From: Eledone cirrhosa
Lineage: Eukaryota
DNA length: 64,000 bases
Assembly (NCBI GenBank): GCA_964016885.1
Contig: OZ024740.1
Coordinates: 179,118,001-179,182,000 of the forward strand
Direction of reading: 5' to 3'
Below the pieces are notes generated by a model. That model saw only the letters and a program-made list of their open reading frames with translations. It was not told the DNA's origin and did not search any database. Positions 1 to 11,579 of the stretch are shown in pieces (the first letter of the stretch is position 1; each line of letters begins with the position of its first letter). Both the position numbers and the translations under genes were made by a program.

Positions 1-140
1 AACCCTACTGTTCATGACCCTTTTGAAGAGCCCTCAAGTTTAGTGAATGAAAGGAATCGGTATCCCCAAAGCGGTGAGGACACTTGCAACAGTGGGATAC
101 GCCAAAAGCTCATGGGGCTTAATCCGGGCAACGGATTAGG

Positions 141-285
141 TCTACCACCCAAGTTAACTATTGAGTGGTGTCTTTACTAAAGAAGGCCTAATATAATCTG
201 CCAGTCAAGTTAACCATTGATATGTACTAGAGAAGGCCTCACACGACCTACCACCCAAGTTAAACATTGAATGGTTTTTATACTA
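141..285. repeat. Degenerate ~50-56 bp tandem repeat, about 3 copies
   Basis: ctaccacccaagttaa..attga...tacta.agaaggcct recurs at ~142, ~198 and ~248. Confidence 0.6.
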
Positions 286-694
286 GTTTTTATACGATCT
301 GCTTGAAACAACATCTACATTTCACTCCCGACTTCCACTGTGAAAAACACAATGGACAAACGACGAGATAATATGTATCATATAAACTACCAGACCTCTT
401 ACAGGCAAAACAAGGATCGTTCGTATTTACCTGTTTTGTAACTTGCTATTTTCCTTGCTAAAGTTATTTGAAGATTTAAAGTGAAAAAATAAGTTTCATT
501 ATATTTTATTTTTAAGTTCGGAAAGAACACTTTCAACAATGCCGTTATACATACTAACATATGAGATAATATATACATTACATAAATAGGAGAAAAGCGA
601 AAAAGACAGGGAACCAGAAAGAGTAAAAAGAAGAAAAAAGATTAATGAATAAAGCAAGGAAAGAGAAGAGAAAAGAGTAATATAGAAATCAAGA

Positions 695-725
<31 letters not shown>

Positions 726-738
726 ACAATACAATATA

Positions 739-816
739 ATTACCTCATTACCAGAGGTTTCCCTAATAAGACGAATACGAAAGAAACGTCCTCATTCGTT
801 CGTCGGACAAGGCAAT
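739..816 (-). ncRNA. Type I hammerhead ribozyme with core variant CCGACGA
   Basis: Minus strand: attgccttgt CCGACGA [stem II aatgaggacg/cgtcttatt] GAAAC ctctg GTA atgaggtaat. Stem I is 10 bp including G-U pairs. Confidence 0.7.
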
Positions 817-1316
817 ATAATAAACATAGTGAAATATTTGGAAAGTCTCCTCAAGAAATGCAAAAAAAAAAAAATTATATATATATATATAAATAAAGGT
901 AATGCAATAGACATATAAAATATATTAAAAAAATATATAAGGAAATATAGTTAGGTGTGTGTATATGTATGTATATACACTCACAAATGTACATATGTAT
1001 GTACAAATGCGTGTGTATGGTGAAAATGTGTGCCTAAGTACATATATGAGGGCAAGTATATTTGTGTATATGTAACCACAAATACGGATATATTCTAGTT
1101 GACACGAATACAGAAACAGGTATTTAGATACACATATTAGTATGAAAGCACGCGTATGGATACACACACACACGCGATCATTTATATGCGGAAGATAAAG
1201 GGGGAAGGGAGTGTAATAGTTAAAAGAAAGTGTCATTCTCGATATATGTATAAAAATGGAACATGTGAGAAAGAAAAAATTAATAAAAGAAAGAGAAAGT
1301 AGTCAATTAACACCAG

Positions 1317-1435
1317 AGAAAAGAAAAGAAAAGAAAAGAAAAGAAAAGAAAAGAAAAGAAAAGAAAAGAAAAGAAAAGAAAAGAAAAGAAAAGAAAAGAA
1401 AAGAAAAGAAAAGAAAAGAAAAGAAAAGAAAAGAA
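1317..1435. repeat. (AAAAG)n microsatellite
   Basis: Directly visible pure pentamer run. Confidence 0.97.
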
Positions 1436-1566
1436 GATACACGCGTACATACACATATATCTATAAAAAAACATATATCCATAGACAAATATATATATAT
1501 ATACACGCAATACGTACAGACAAAAGCGTATGCATGCGTACGTACATACACAGGATGCACGCATAC

Positions 1567-1824
<258 letters not shown>

Positions 1825-2268
1825 TTACACATCCATACATACAATACACATATACACACATACATACAAATATATTCACGTACACTAACCCGCTTACACG
1901 CACACACATAAAAATAAGAATGTAAGAAACATAGATGTTAAAACAAACACAGATATAAAAACACACATACATACACATATATATACACGCACGCACGCGC
2001 GCATACGGAGGCATTTGTGTACATATACAGAACGTATACACACATAAAGACGCTCAGACACATAGATACGGGGGTGTAAAGCAGCCTTATAAATGAGTAC
2101 AATTATAAAAATATAAAATATAAAATAACAGAAAATATCTGGAGTGGAAAACGCAAGTGAAATGTGTAATCAGGTAGTAAAGAGAAAAGGGAAGTAAAAT
2201 GTGGAAAGTGAAGATATTAGGTAAGTGAATCGAATAAAGGGGGGGGGGGGTTACTGGTGGATGTGAAG

Positions 2269-2549
2269 TAAAAATAAAAATAAAAATAAAAATAAAAATA
2301 AAAATAAAAATAAAAATAAAAATAAAAATAAAAATAAAAATAAAAATAAAAATAAAAATAAAAATAAAAATAAAAATAAAAATAAAAATAAAAATAAAAA
2401 TAAAAATAAAAATAAAAATAAAAATAAAAATAAAAATAAAAATAAAAATAAAAATAAAAATAAAAATAAAAATAAAAATAAAAATAAAAATAAAAATAAA
2501 AATAAAAATAAAAATAAAAATAAAAATAAAAATAAAAATAAAAATAAAA
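2269..2549. repeat. (TAAAA)n microsatellite, ~280 bp
   Basis: Directly visible pure pentamer run. Confidence 0.97.
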
Positions 2550-3952
2550 TTAATAAGGTTAAAAATGAAAGTAAATCAGAAAGAGTAGTCTTTAAAGAGA
2601 ATAATTTAAGTGAAGAATAAGAGCTTATGGAGGATAAGTATCTGAAAGTGAATTAAGTTTATATGAGCTGGAAAGTAAGTGTGATTTCATATGTGGGCAA
2701 CTGGTGAAAATTTCCGTCTTTGTATTTAGGCAGGTTTTTGGTGATTTAAGGTTTTGTAAAATCCAATATTTTTCATTTATGCAGAGTGTGCATTTTCTTG
2801 TTCCTCTTGCATATCCTTTAGATTGGTTCAAAATTGACCAATCCAATTTATATTGGATACCTTGGTCTTTCAAATCCCATATTCTGCTGGCCAGAGCTGT
2901 TGTGAATCTTTTTTATGGATGTCGAAAGGATGCGACATGTGAGTAATAATGCGTTTTGAATTTATCTTGTGTCATACCCACATATCGTTCATTGGTGGCT
3001 GGTTGTTGCTGATGGTTGTCACTTTAGCCGCATATACAATGGCTTTGGTGTTGCATTTACCTTGTAATGGGCATTCACTTTTGACTCTACAGGAGCAATT
3101 TTGATGTTCTCTAGGTGATTTTTTGTTGATGATATAGGATTTAATAGCGGGACCGGAGGAGTAGCTAATTTTGACACAGTTTCTATTAAAGATCTTATAG
3201 TTCTAGGGAAATGTTTATCTAAGAGCTCTAGGAATTTTTTTGCCTACATTAGTTTTAACTGCTATATATAGGTATATATTATGGAATACTGTTGGCTTCT
3301 TGCTACAATACTTTCTATACCTTTCATTTATATATTTATACTCGGATTTCTTTCCTAGAGTGCTTAAATTATTTGTGACTAATCCTGGTATTAAAAAAAA
3401 AAACCGCGATATATTGCTTTTTGCTGAACTCCTTATTGTAGAGTTTTTTTCGGAATGATTTTGACTGTTGTTTCATGTAAACAATCATTCGTCTCATTCT
3501 GACGTCACCAGCCCTGTTTTTCCACATGTGCGTTTTATTTTCATAATCACGCATGATGTTAAACTAGCCTGCTTTTAAATTCCCTTTTTGGCATATTAAT
3601 CAGTGAGAATTTGGCTATTGTGTTGAGCTCTGCTGACGATCGAATTCCAACCGTGACCATCTCCACTGAAAGTTTCGTGAAATAGTCTTTTCAAGACTAT
3701 ATAGAGCATTTGTAGTTGTCCCAAATTGAAGGATGAGTATTTTAAACTTTATTTTATCCTGAAGTAAGGCTCTATCGATTCCTCCCTGGATTTCACTAAA
3801 TTCTGTTGGATAAATCTATATCCTGATTCTTTTTGAATTGAGTTTGAATTATTTTTCCCACATCTTACATTAACTAGTTTCCCATTTTGACGCTATAGTC
3901 ACTTATATATTATGGAATACTGTTGGCTTCTACAATACTTTCTATACCTTTC

Positions 3953-4008
<56 letters not shown>

Positions 4009-4014
<6 letters not shown>

Positions 4015-4337
4015 GATATTAACAAATGGAAACTATATTTATAAAACCATATTTATTTCATTATACATATTTCAAGGATACCAAGTTTAATTATGGTATG
4101 CCTTCATCAGACAAAATACAATATATACCAGTTTTATAAATAAACATTGACGTACCCTTTCAAAATGCGACCGTTACTTTTGGTATCCTTGAAATATGTA
4201 TAATGAAATAAATATGGTTTTATAAATATAGTTTCCATTTGTTAATATCGTATATCTACTCCAAATACTTGTCGAGTGCTTTATATCATTTATAACAATA
4301 TTTGCTTGTTGTATCCCAACAATTTAAATAGAACTTT

Positions 4338-4340
<3 letters not shown>
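4009..4340. mobile_element. Solo PLE pLTR fragment with 76-bp inverted repeat, inserted in (AT)n
   Basis: Arms 4009-4084 and 4180-4255 are exact reverse complements; contains an HHR; (AT)n on both sides. Confidence 0.7.
4054..4118 (-). ncRNA. Type I hammerhead ribozyme with minimal stem III
   Basis: Minus strand: tattttgt CTGATGA aggcatacca-loop-tggtatcctt GAAA t atgt a TA atgaaata. Confidence 0.8.
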
Positions 4341-4411
<71 letters not shown>

Positions 4412-4917
4412 TGTGTGAAACAAAGCGAAAATGAGTAACAAAGTATGTGTATGAGAAAAAAGAAGAAAGGAAACGAAACAGAAGTATTGGCAGAGAGAGT
4501 GAAAGAAAAACAGTCAGAGAGAGAGGGGGGGGTGAGAGTAAGAAAGAGAGAATAGAGAAGCAAAAGAATGAAATATACACGAAGTCAACTAGAAGAACTC
4601 TTTAACTTAATCGATATTGTCGTCTGTTTAGTGTTCATAAAGGTCACTTCCGTTTGGTCACCCTCCTCTTTCCCGGTTCAATATGTACCGCTTTTCGATT
4701 TTATTTCCTTTTCTTTCAGTAATTTAAATCTTTTTTATGTATTTATTGATTACGTATTCTTTATGTCTCCTCGTCTTGAAAAGAGAGATTTTATAAACTA
4801 ACAAAAGGTTGATTAAATTGTTTGTTTTTTTCCTCCCCTCTCCTCCACACAAAATGCTGAGAAAGGAAATAAAAGAACTTAATGAATGGAAAAGTTTGTT
4901 GGTCAAAAGACTGTGTA

Positions 4918-5023
<106 letters not shown>

Positions 5024-5392
5024 GAGGATATAAGATGTGTGTGTGGTTATGAAACCTGTCCATGTCTTTCAGAATTGAAAAAAATATGTATACGGAGTCA
5101 TAGCTATCTGCTGTTATCGTTTCTGTCTAGCCGCTGGTCAACCCTGATTGAGCAAACATTTGATCAAAAGAGTTCCAAATTGTGATCATTATATCTTAAT
5201 TTTTCATAAATCATAGTATACAATGGACTATATCATTCCATTGTGTCTCTTTTAAAACAGATATTTAGCTATTATTTCTAGCAGATTAGGTCCCCGAAGT
5301 ACACATACGCGTTGGTTTTGTCAGATCTATAGATATTTGCCCACCTTTCGTCTTATAATACACATTGATGAATAAAATGCACCATAAATTTG

Positions 5393-5520
5393 AAGATTGG
5401 TAAATGTAGAGCAATGATGGAGTGTAAGATTGGTAATTAGAGAGCTAGGGTGTAGTGTAAGGTTGGTGAATGGAGAGCTAGGAGTGGGAGTAAGGTTGGT
5501 GAATAGAGAGCAGTGATGTG
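5393..5520. repeat. 33-bp minisatellite, about 4 copies
   Basis: ttggt.aat..agagc recurs at 5397, 5430, 5463 and 5496. Confidence 0.8.
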
Positions 5521-5997
5521 ATGATAGGAAACGGAGATATTGATAGTCAAAGTTCAAGCATTGATACTCTGGTAACTAAACATTCCAAAGTTATCTCCCT
5601 GTTTGTGTTGTGTTTTTAAAATTTAAACATTCTTTGAAGAAGATTTTGTCTGCCAATAGTTTTAATAATCTCAGTTGATTGAAGTTTTTCAACTCACTGT
5701 ATTACATATAGAAGAACGTAGCGTATTTTTATTTCTTTTACAAGTTCTATGAAAATTCTTAGCTTACTGTCGGTTGCCGTTTAAACAAATATTGGATTAG
5801 TTATTGTGGTAATATCTGACACCTATACGTGTGCACTAATCTGGCAAGTGCTGCTAGTAGACGCTGAAGCAGAATCAATAGAGCGGTTCGCCCATTGATG
5901 GATATGTCTGGTAAAAAAAATTCTCAAATAATTGATTCGGCAGGTCAACTAAAAAAGTTCACTTCTGATTGGTACTGCTGAAAATGATGCATTATAT

Positions 5998-6185
5998 CAG
6001 TGGTTCCCAAAGTGGGTTCCGCGGAACGCAGGGGTTCCACAATGTAGTGACTGGAGTTCCATGAAAAAAACTTGAGGAGTATATTCATATTATGACGACC
6101 ATATAACAGTATCAGACTTTGGGGTTCCTCCAAACATGTCTGAATCAAAACGGATTCCGTGTTTGAAAAAGTTGAGGAAACCCTG
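5998..6185. mobile_element. hAT-type (Charlie-like) MITE
   Basis: TIRs cagtggttcccaa / ttgaggaaaccctg; degenerate 8-bp TSD cattatat / cgttagat. Confidence 0.7.
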
Positions 6186-7009
6186 CGTTAGATAATATGG
6201 TTCTAGACTCCCTACATAGGATGGGTTTGTCACGTCTGGAATGTTTTTGACCGTATATCTGCTGGAAAAGTGTTGATAGTAACAGCTACATTCATTTTTT
6301 TCTTTTTTTGGAATTGCTTGGTGTAGCAACTCAAATGTCCACCAAACATTTATCGATAGAAGGATAAGGGCAGACAAAGTTGCTGCCAGGAAAACAAAAA
6401 AAATAATAATGTCACATTCTTAGACAAGTTTAGCTTTGTCAGCCGAGAATATAAAAGAAATAACTATATCAATTTATTTTATGAAAAAATATATCATATA
6501 TGGAAAAAAAATAATAAAAGCACAACGTAAAGAAATGGATATAGACGACAAAAAATATTTCAGAAGCAAATTTTCTTGTTAAATCAGGTAATATAAGTAT
6601 TAGATCGTAAGTGACATTAATGCAATAGACACCTTTTGGACAAATATATCTTATCATTTTACTTCTCAAAATGATGTCATTACAAAGTCCATGAAAAGAA
6701 GTAAATGTCTTGATGAAGTTATCTTACAAGCAAGAGAAACGTACTCCTCACGAATATTTTTTTGGACCCCCCCCCCCCCCCCCCGCCGCCACCGAAAACG
6801 AAAAAAATAACCACATTAACAAAAGTATATGTATTCTTTAAAAACAAAAAATGCTATCAGTCATTGGATTGTAGATATGCAGGTAAAAGGTCACCAACGG
6901 TTTTATTTGGTCATATCGATCCCAGTAATTATTTTTTTGAAATATGCTTTGTCGAATGACCAAAGATATACACCTTAAAATATTACTTTACACCAGTTAA
7001 AAAAAATAA

Positions 7010-7380
7010 AACCCGCGCGCCGTTGCCCGCAATGTAGCTGAGAGGAAGATAGTCAAATACCAGGGTCTAACCGGCCACTTTCTCTTTGTACCGGTCTCCG
7101 TCGAGACCTCTGGTTTCCTAGATTCCCACACTGCTGATTTCCTCTGTAAAGTCGGAAAGACGGTGGCCCTATTGAAGAGGGAGTTTCCTGGGGTACTGTG
7201 GCTGTTGCAGCGGGTGTCTTTGGTCATTCTCCGCGGTAACACCTTTTCCATTTTTTCCGAGGGGCATGGCTGAGGTACCGCTTTGACTGGGATGTTCCCC
7301 CTTCTCCCTCACCCTTTCTTTCGTTGCTCGATTTGTTTTACTTTTCTACTTTTCATTTCCTTTTTTCTTACTTTTTTTGT
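7010..7380 (+). mobile_element. CRE-clade non-LTR retrotransposon 3' fragment (end of restriction-like endonuclease)
   Basis: Plus frame absent from the ORF track: AERKIVKYQGLTGHFLFVPVSVETSG...FLCKVGK...WLLQRVSLVILRGN. This matches the CRE/REL pattern ExxKxxKY...P..VETxG...QRxSxxxxRGN. Confidence 0.75.
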
Positions 7381-7387
7381 TCCCTTT

Positions 7388-7580
7388 AATAATTGTTTCT
7401 ACTTTTGGCACAAGGCCAGCAATTACCCAGTACATTATTGGTACTTTCTTTTATCGACCCCGTAACGATGAAAGGCAAAGTTAACCTCGACGGGATTTGA
7501 ACTCAGACCGTAAAGGGATGTAACTATGCTGCAAAGCATGACGTCCGACCCTCTACCGATACTGCCAATTCACCGCCCTG
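7388..7580 (-). mobile_element. tRNA-derived SINE (cephalopod-type family)
   Basis: Minus strand carries an A-box-like ggcggtgaattggcagtatcgg and B-box gagttcaaatccc; multiple copies in the window. Confidence 0.8.
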
Positions 7581-9379
7581 TGTTCTGAATTTTATTAGAA
7601 AATGCTCAATTATTTATATATAATAATGGTTTTTCATGACATATTGAAATTGTGTATATCGAATATATTTAATCTAACCTCATACATATATGATGATTGC
7701 TTAACCTTGTCAGATGATAGCAGTCTCAACGTCTCTTCATTGATTCCTGCAAGTCTACACCCTACCCTGTGCAAAAGGTGACTTTTGAATCCAGTAACAA
7801 AAAAGGCAAGACCTAGACTCGCTCTCACAAACACTGACAACTCTCTAGCATAGGACATGTCATTACTGTTGAGTGGAAAACCGTGACTGCTCCCACCTGT
7901 AATACATCTCCAGAGGTGACAAAACTACAGAAGTGGTGGTATTTCATTGACGCAAATTCGCGAACACCCCAATAGCTCCACCGATATCCCAATGTCTTAT
8001 TGGAGACAACAATTCAGAGTGACAAAAGCTTATACAACACGAATGTCACGTTATAAATCTGTGATAATTATCTGCTGACAGTAATCACGTAAACTGCGTG
8101 ATTCACTTCAAAGTTTCTCTTTCTTAGAAGAATGCATTAAAAGCAGCTCGGTGTTATTTACTCCCAGTGAATTTACAGCACACCCTGGAGAATTTCTTAG
8201 TTCCCGTGCACAGATTGGTTATCAAGTTATGACGAAGGAGTTCTATCCTTCCTGGGTTTGATATCTGACTGCCACCTAAAGCTGGTGAGTTTCCTTTACC
8301 CGGAGCAATTAGTTTTTAAGGTACCAGTAACTCACCGTTTCCTTCAATATTAGTTCCAAACATCTACGCCAGGAGCTAGGCTTCAGTAGTCCGAGTCTAT
8401 ATGAGACGTACACCATTTGTGGCATTTTAGTAGAGAGTAGGCCTGCTCTCGCACAAATAATGATTCACACACAGACACACACACATACACAGAGAGGCAC
8501 GCCCATGTATTAAGACATTTTTTAAATGTGGGTTTGGTATAGTAAACAAAGCATAGCCAACATACAGATGTTTTTGTTAATCTTTATAAGTACAATAGAT
8601 TAAATGATCTTTTTGTTGTGGCTAAATTACAAATCGTTCTGGTTGACTAAAATAGTTGAAAACACTATCTGCCTTGAACTTCATTCATACAAACGTAACA
8701 ATCACCATTTTAATCCTTTCGCGCGACCACCGATTAAGATTGTATAGCAAAGCTGAACAAAAATCTTGTCCCAAACTATTTTCACTTCTAACAATATAAA
8801 CCTGAGTATCCTATAGAAATTACTCATTTAATATACAATTGTATCTATTTACAAACAGACGAAGTGAAACAGGAAATGAAGAAAAACATAAAGAATAAAG
8901 AGGGAAGAGATAAGGAGGGGCCAAACTTGGCTGGGCAAGATGGTGAAAGCATCGCCATGGAGACAGCTATATAAGTAATCCCACCCCACGGGGCTCCTTC
9001 CTGAGGCTAGATACTTTCCCCAGGCAAGATAGCAGTGGAGACTTCTGATGTCCTTGGCCCTAGGTCTAACTCCCTACTGAGCTGGCTAACCGCAGGTGTG
9101 AGCCTCGCGAGATAGAATGGCTCTTCCAGCGCATCTCCCTTACCATCCTCCGGGGAAACGCCTTCTCCATTCTGTCCGCCGGGGCCGTGGGGCGGCCAGC
9201 ACGTGGGACTCCATTTGCTCATAATACAGAGAGATGGGGAGGGCGAGAGAGATGGAGGCGATGACAGTGGGAGTTCGGCTCTCACGTGTTCGGACACAGT
9301 TATCAGACTGTAGGTTTTATGTTCTTATGTGAAGGCAAGATAATATCCTCACGATTTGAGGGTGGAAAATGGTTGTGCG

Positions 9380-9674
9380 CAGGGCCAGATTTAATGGGAG
9401 ACAAAGGGAGTAATTGCCTGAACTGCAATGGGGAGCGCTCACTAGCGAAGGCCGTACCGGTTTATTTGTGCCTTATGCTGGGCTCTTTAGTATTAGGACT
9501 GTTAGGTGTTTTAATTTAATACCAGTTTGTATAATTTTCAAATTCAATTACTTCATCCAAGCTGACTCTGAAATATAAAATTGGGGTTTTGCTGTGGATT
9601 TAATTTTTTGTGTATGAGTGCCCCCAAAAGACTGAAGTGCCCCCCCCCACCCTTCACGTCTAAATTCAGCCCTG
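9380..9674. mobile_element. hAT-type MITE
   Basis: TIRs cagggccagattta / taaattcagccctg; degenerate 8-bp TSD gttgtgcg / gctgtgca. Confidence 0.7.
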
Positions 9675-10129
9675 GCTGTGCAGGGAATCTGGACACCGGG
9701 CGTATCGAATTTCTCTTTTTTATATTGTATATTCTTTCTTTCTTTTTGCATTTTATTCTTTCCCCTTTCTGTTTCTATTAAATATGCAAATTAAATTCAT
9801 TGTTGTTAATGTGATTAATTTCAATTATCACATCCCACGAGACAAATCAACAACAAAACGACGCCTTCAATAAACGCCTGACCAAATACAATAGCCAAAC
9901 AATTACATCATCCTTTTTAACAACCACACACATCTAATTATTATATGTAAACATCGTTTAAAAAACAATCTAAAACCAATTAATACATTAAGACTGCAAA
10001 CACCTATCTTCTCTAATCAACACATAACAACATTCTAAAATGTTGTAATCCTCATCTTCTAAGCAACAAATTTACTCCACCAATGACCAAGCATATGAAT
10101 ATCCCGAAACTGGTTAAAATCCCGCAATG

Positions 10130-11570
10130 TGAATGCATTTTCTGACGCTTGCACTGCCACTAGGATTGACTGTCAGTCTCAAGAAAACCGTGGTCATGTA
10201 CCAACCTGCCCATGGTAAGCAGTACACTGAACCAAATATCTATGTGTATGGTAAACGACTTGAAGTGGTTGATCAGTTTGTCTAGCTGGGAAGCACTGTC
10301 AATCGATACAGCAACCTTGACAGTGAAATCTCACTTAGGATTAGGAAAGCAAGTGATGCTTTCGGAAAGCTAGAAAGGCGACTCTGGGGTCGGCGAGACA
10401 TATGCAGGAGGACAAAGGTAAAGGTGTACAGGGCATGTGTGCTCTCTTGTCTTCTTTATGCCTGCGAGACCTGGGTCACATATCGACACCACCTTAAGCA
10501 ATTGGAGCGTTTCCATCAGATGTGTCTCAGACGGATCCATGGCGTTCGCTGGAGGGACCACATCAGTGATGTCGCGATTTTGGAAAGCTCTATGTGTGAC
10601 AGTATAGAAGCTCTTGTGCTTAAGCAACGACACCGTTGGAGTTGTCACCTTGCCAGGATGAAGGATTCTAGAATACCAAAACAACTCTTTTATGGAGAGT
10701 TGGTTAAAGGAAAACGACCGCCATATAAACCAAAAAAGAGGTATAAGGATTCCTTGAAAGCCTCTCTGAAAGACGCTAACATCTCTGCTGATACATGGGA
10801 AAATATTGCTGCTGATCGTAATAAATGGAGAAAGACTGTATATGAGGGAAAAGTTGCCTTTGAGGCATCTCGAATCGCATACGAGAAAGTAAAGCGGGAT
10901 GTGAGGAAGGGCATTGCTGTTGCACTTCCAGACGGCGAGGGTCCTCCTATGGTGCTGACATGCAGCGTCTGTGCGAGACTCTGCCTAAGCAAAGCTGGAC
11001 TCGAAAGTCATCTTCGCAGTCATAAAGTAAGACCAGTGGTTGACTACCAGGCTGCTGTTGGAGATGCTACTCATCATGCTTGCCAAACATGTGGTAGAGA
11101 ATGTAAATCAGCAGGAGGGCTCAAGCGACATGCAAAAGTACACGAACTCCAACCACAGCCGACTATTCCCAGTGAATGTTTTGGTTGCCGACTCTGTGCA
11201 AGACATTTTAGATCATTGGCTGGACTAAAAAGCCACATTCGATCGCAGCGCTGTTAGTTGCTATCGTGTGTGTGTGTATAGATATGTTTATGTGTATGCA
11301 TGTATGTGTATATATATATGTATATGTATATTATTATTGTTGTTGTTATTATTATTGTTGTTATTATTATTATTATTATTATTGTTATTAATGTATATGT
11401 GTGTGTGTATATGTATGTGTGTGTATATATGTGTATGTATGTGTGTATATATATATATATATATATTTCATTTTTTTAATTTTTTATTTATTTATTAATT
11501 TCTTTTTTCTCCTCGTGCAATGGCCATACTCGATAACGAGGGGGCAGCCATCATGTATGTATGTATGTTC
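10130..11570 (+). mobile_element. RTE-clade LINE, 5'-truncated (end of RT, C-terminus, 3' UTR, (TATG)n tail)
   Basis: GLTVSLKKTVVM, LEVVDQFV*LGS, LLYACETW, LERFHQ.CLRRI, RIPKQLFYGEL; 3' stem-loop ggccatactcgataacgaggggcagcc followed by tandem tail. Confidence 0.9.
10424..11257 (+). pseudogene. RTE ORF C-terminal part with three C2H2-type zinc fingers
   Basis: CSVCARLCLSKAGLESHLRSH; CQTCGRECKSAGGLKRHAKVH; CRLCARHFRSLAGLKSHIRSQRC. Confidence 0.85.
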
Positions 11571-11579
11571 TTCTGGTTT

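Noticed and set aside
8900-9370. GC-rich segment with 96-aa and 77-aa ORFs
   Set aside because: No recognisable motif or splice structure; probably an unidentified repeat
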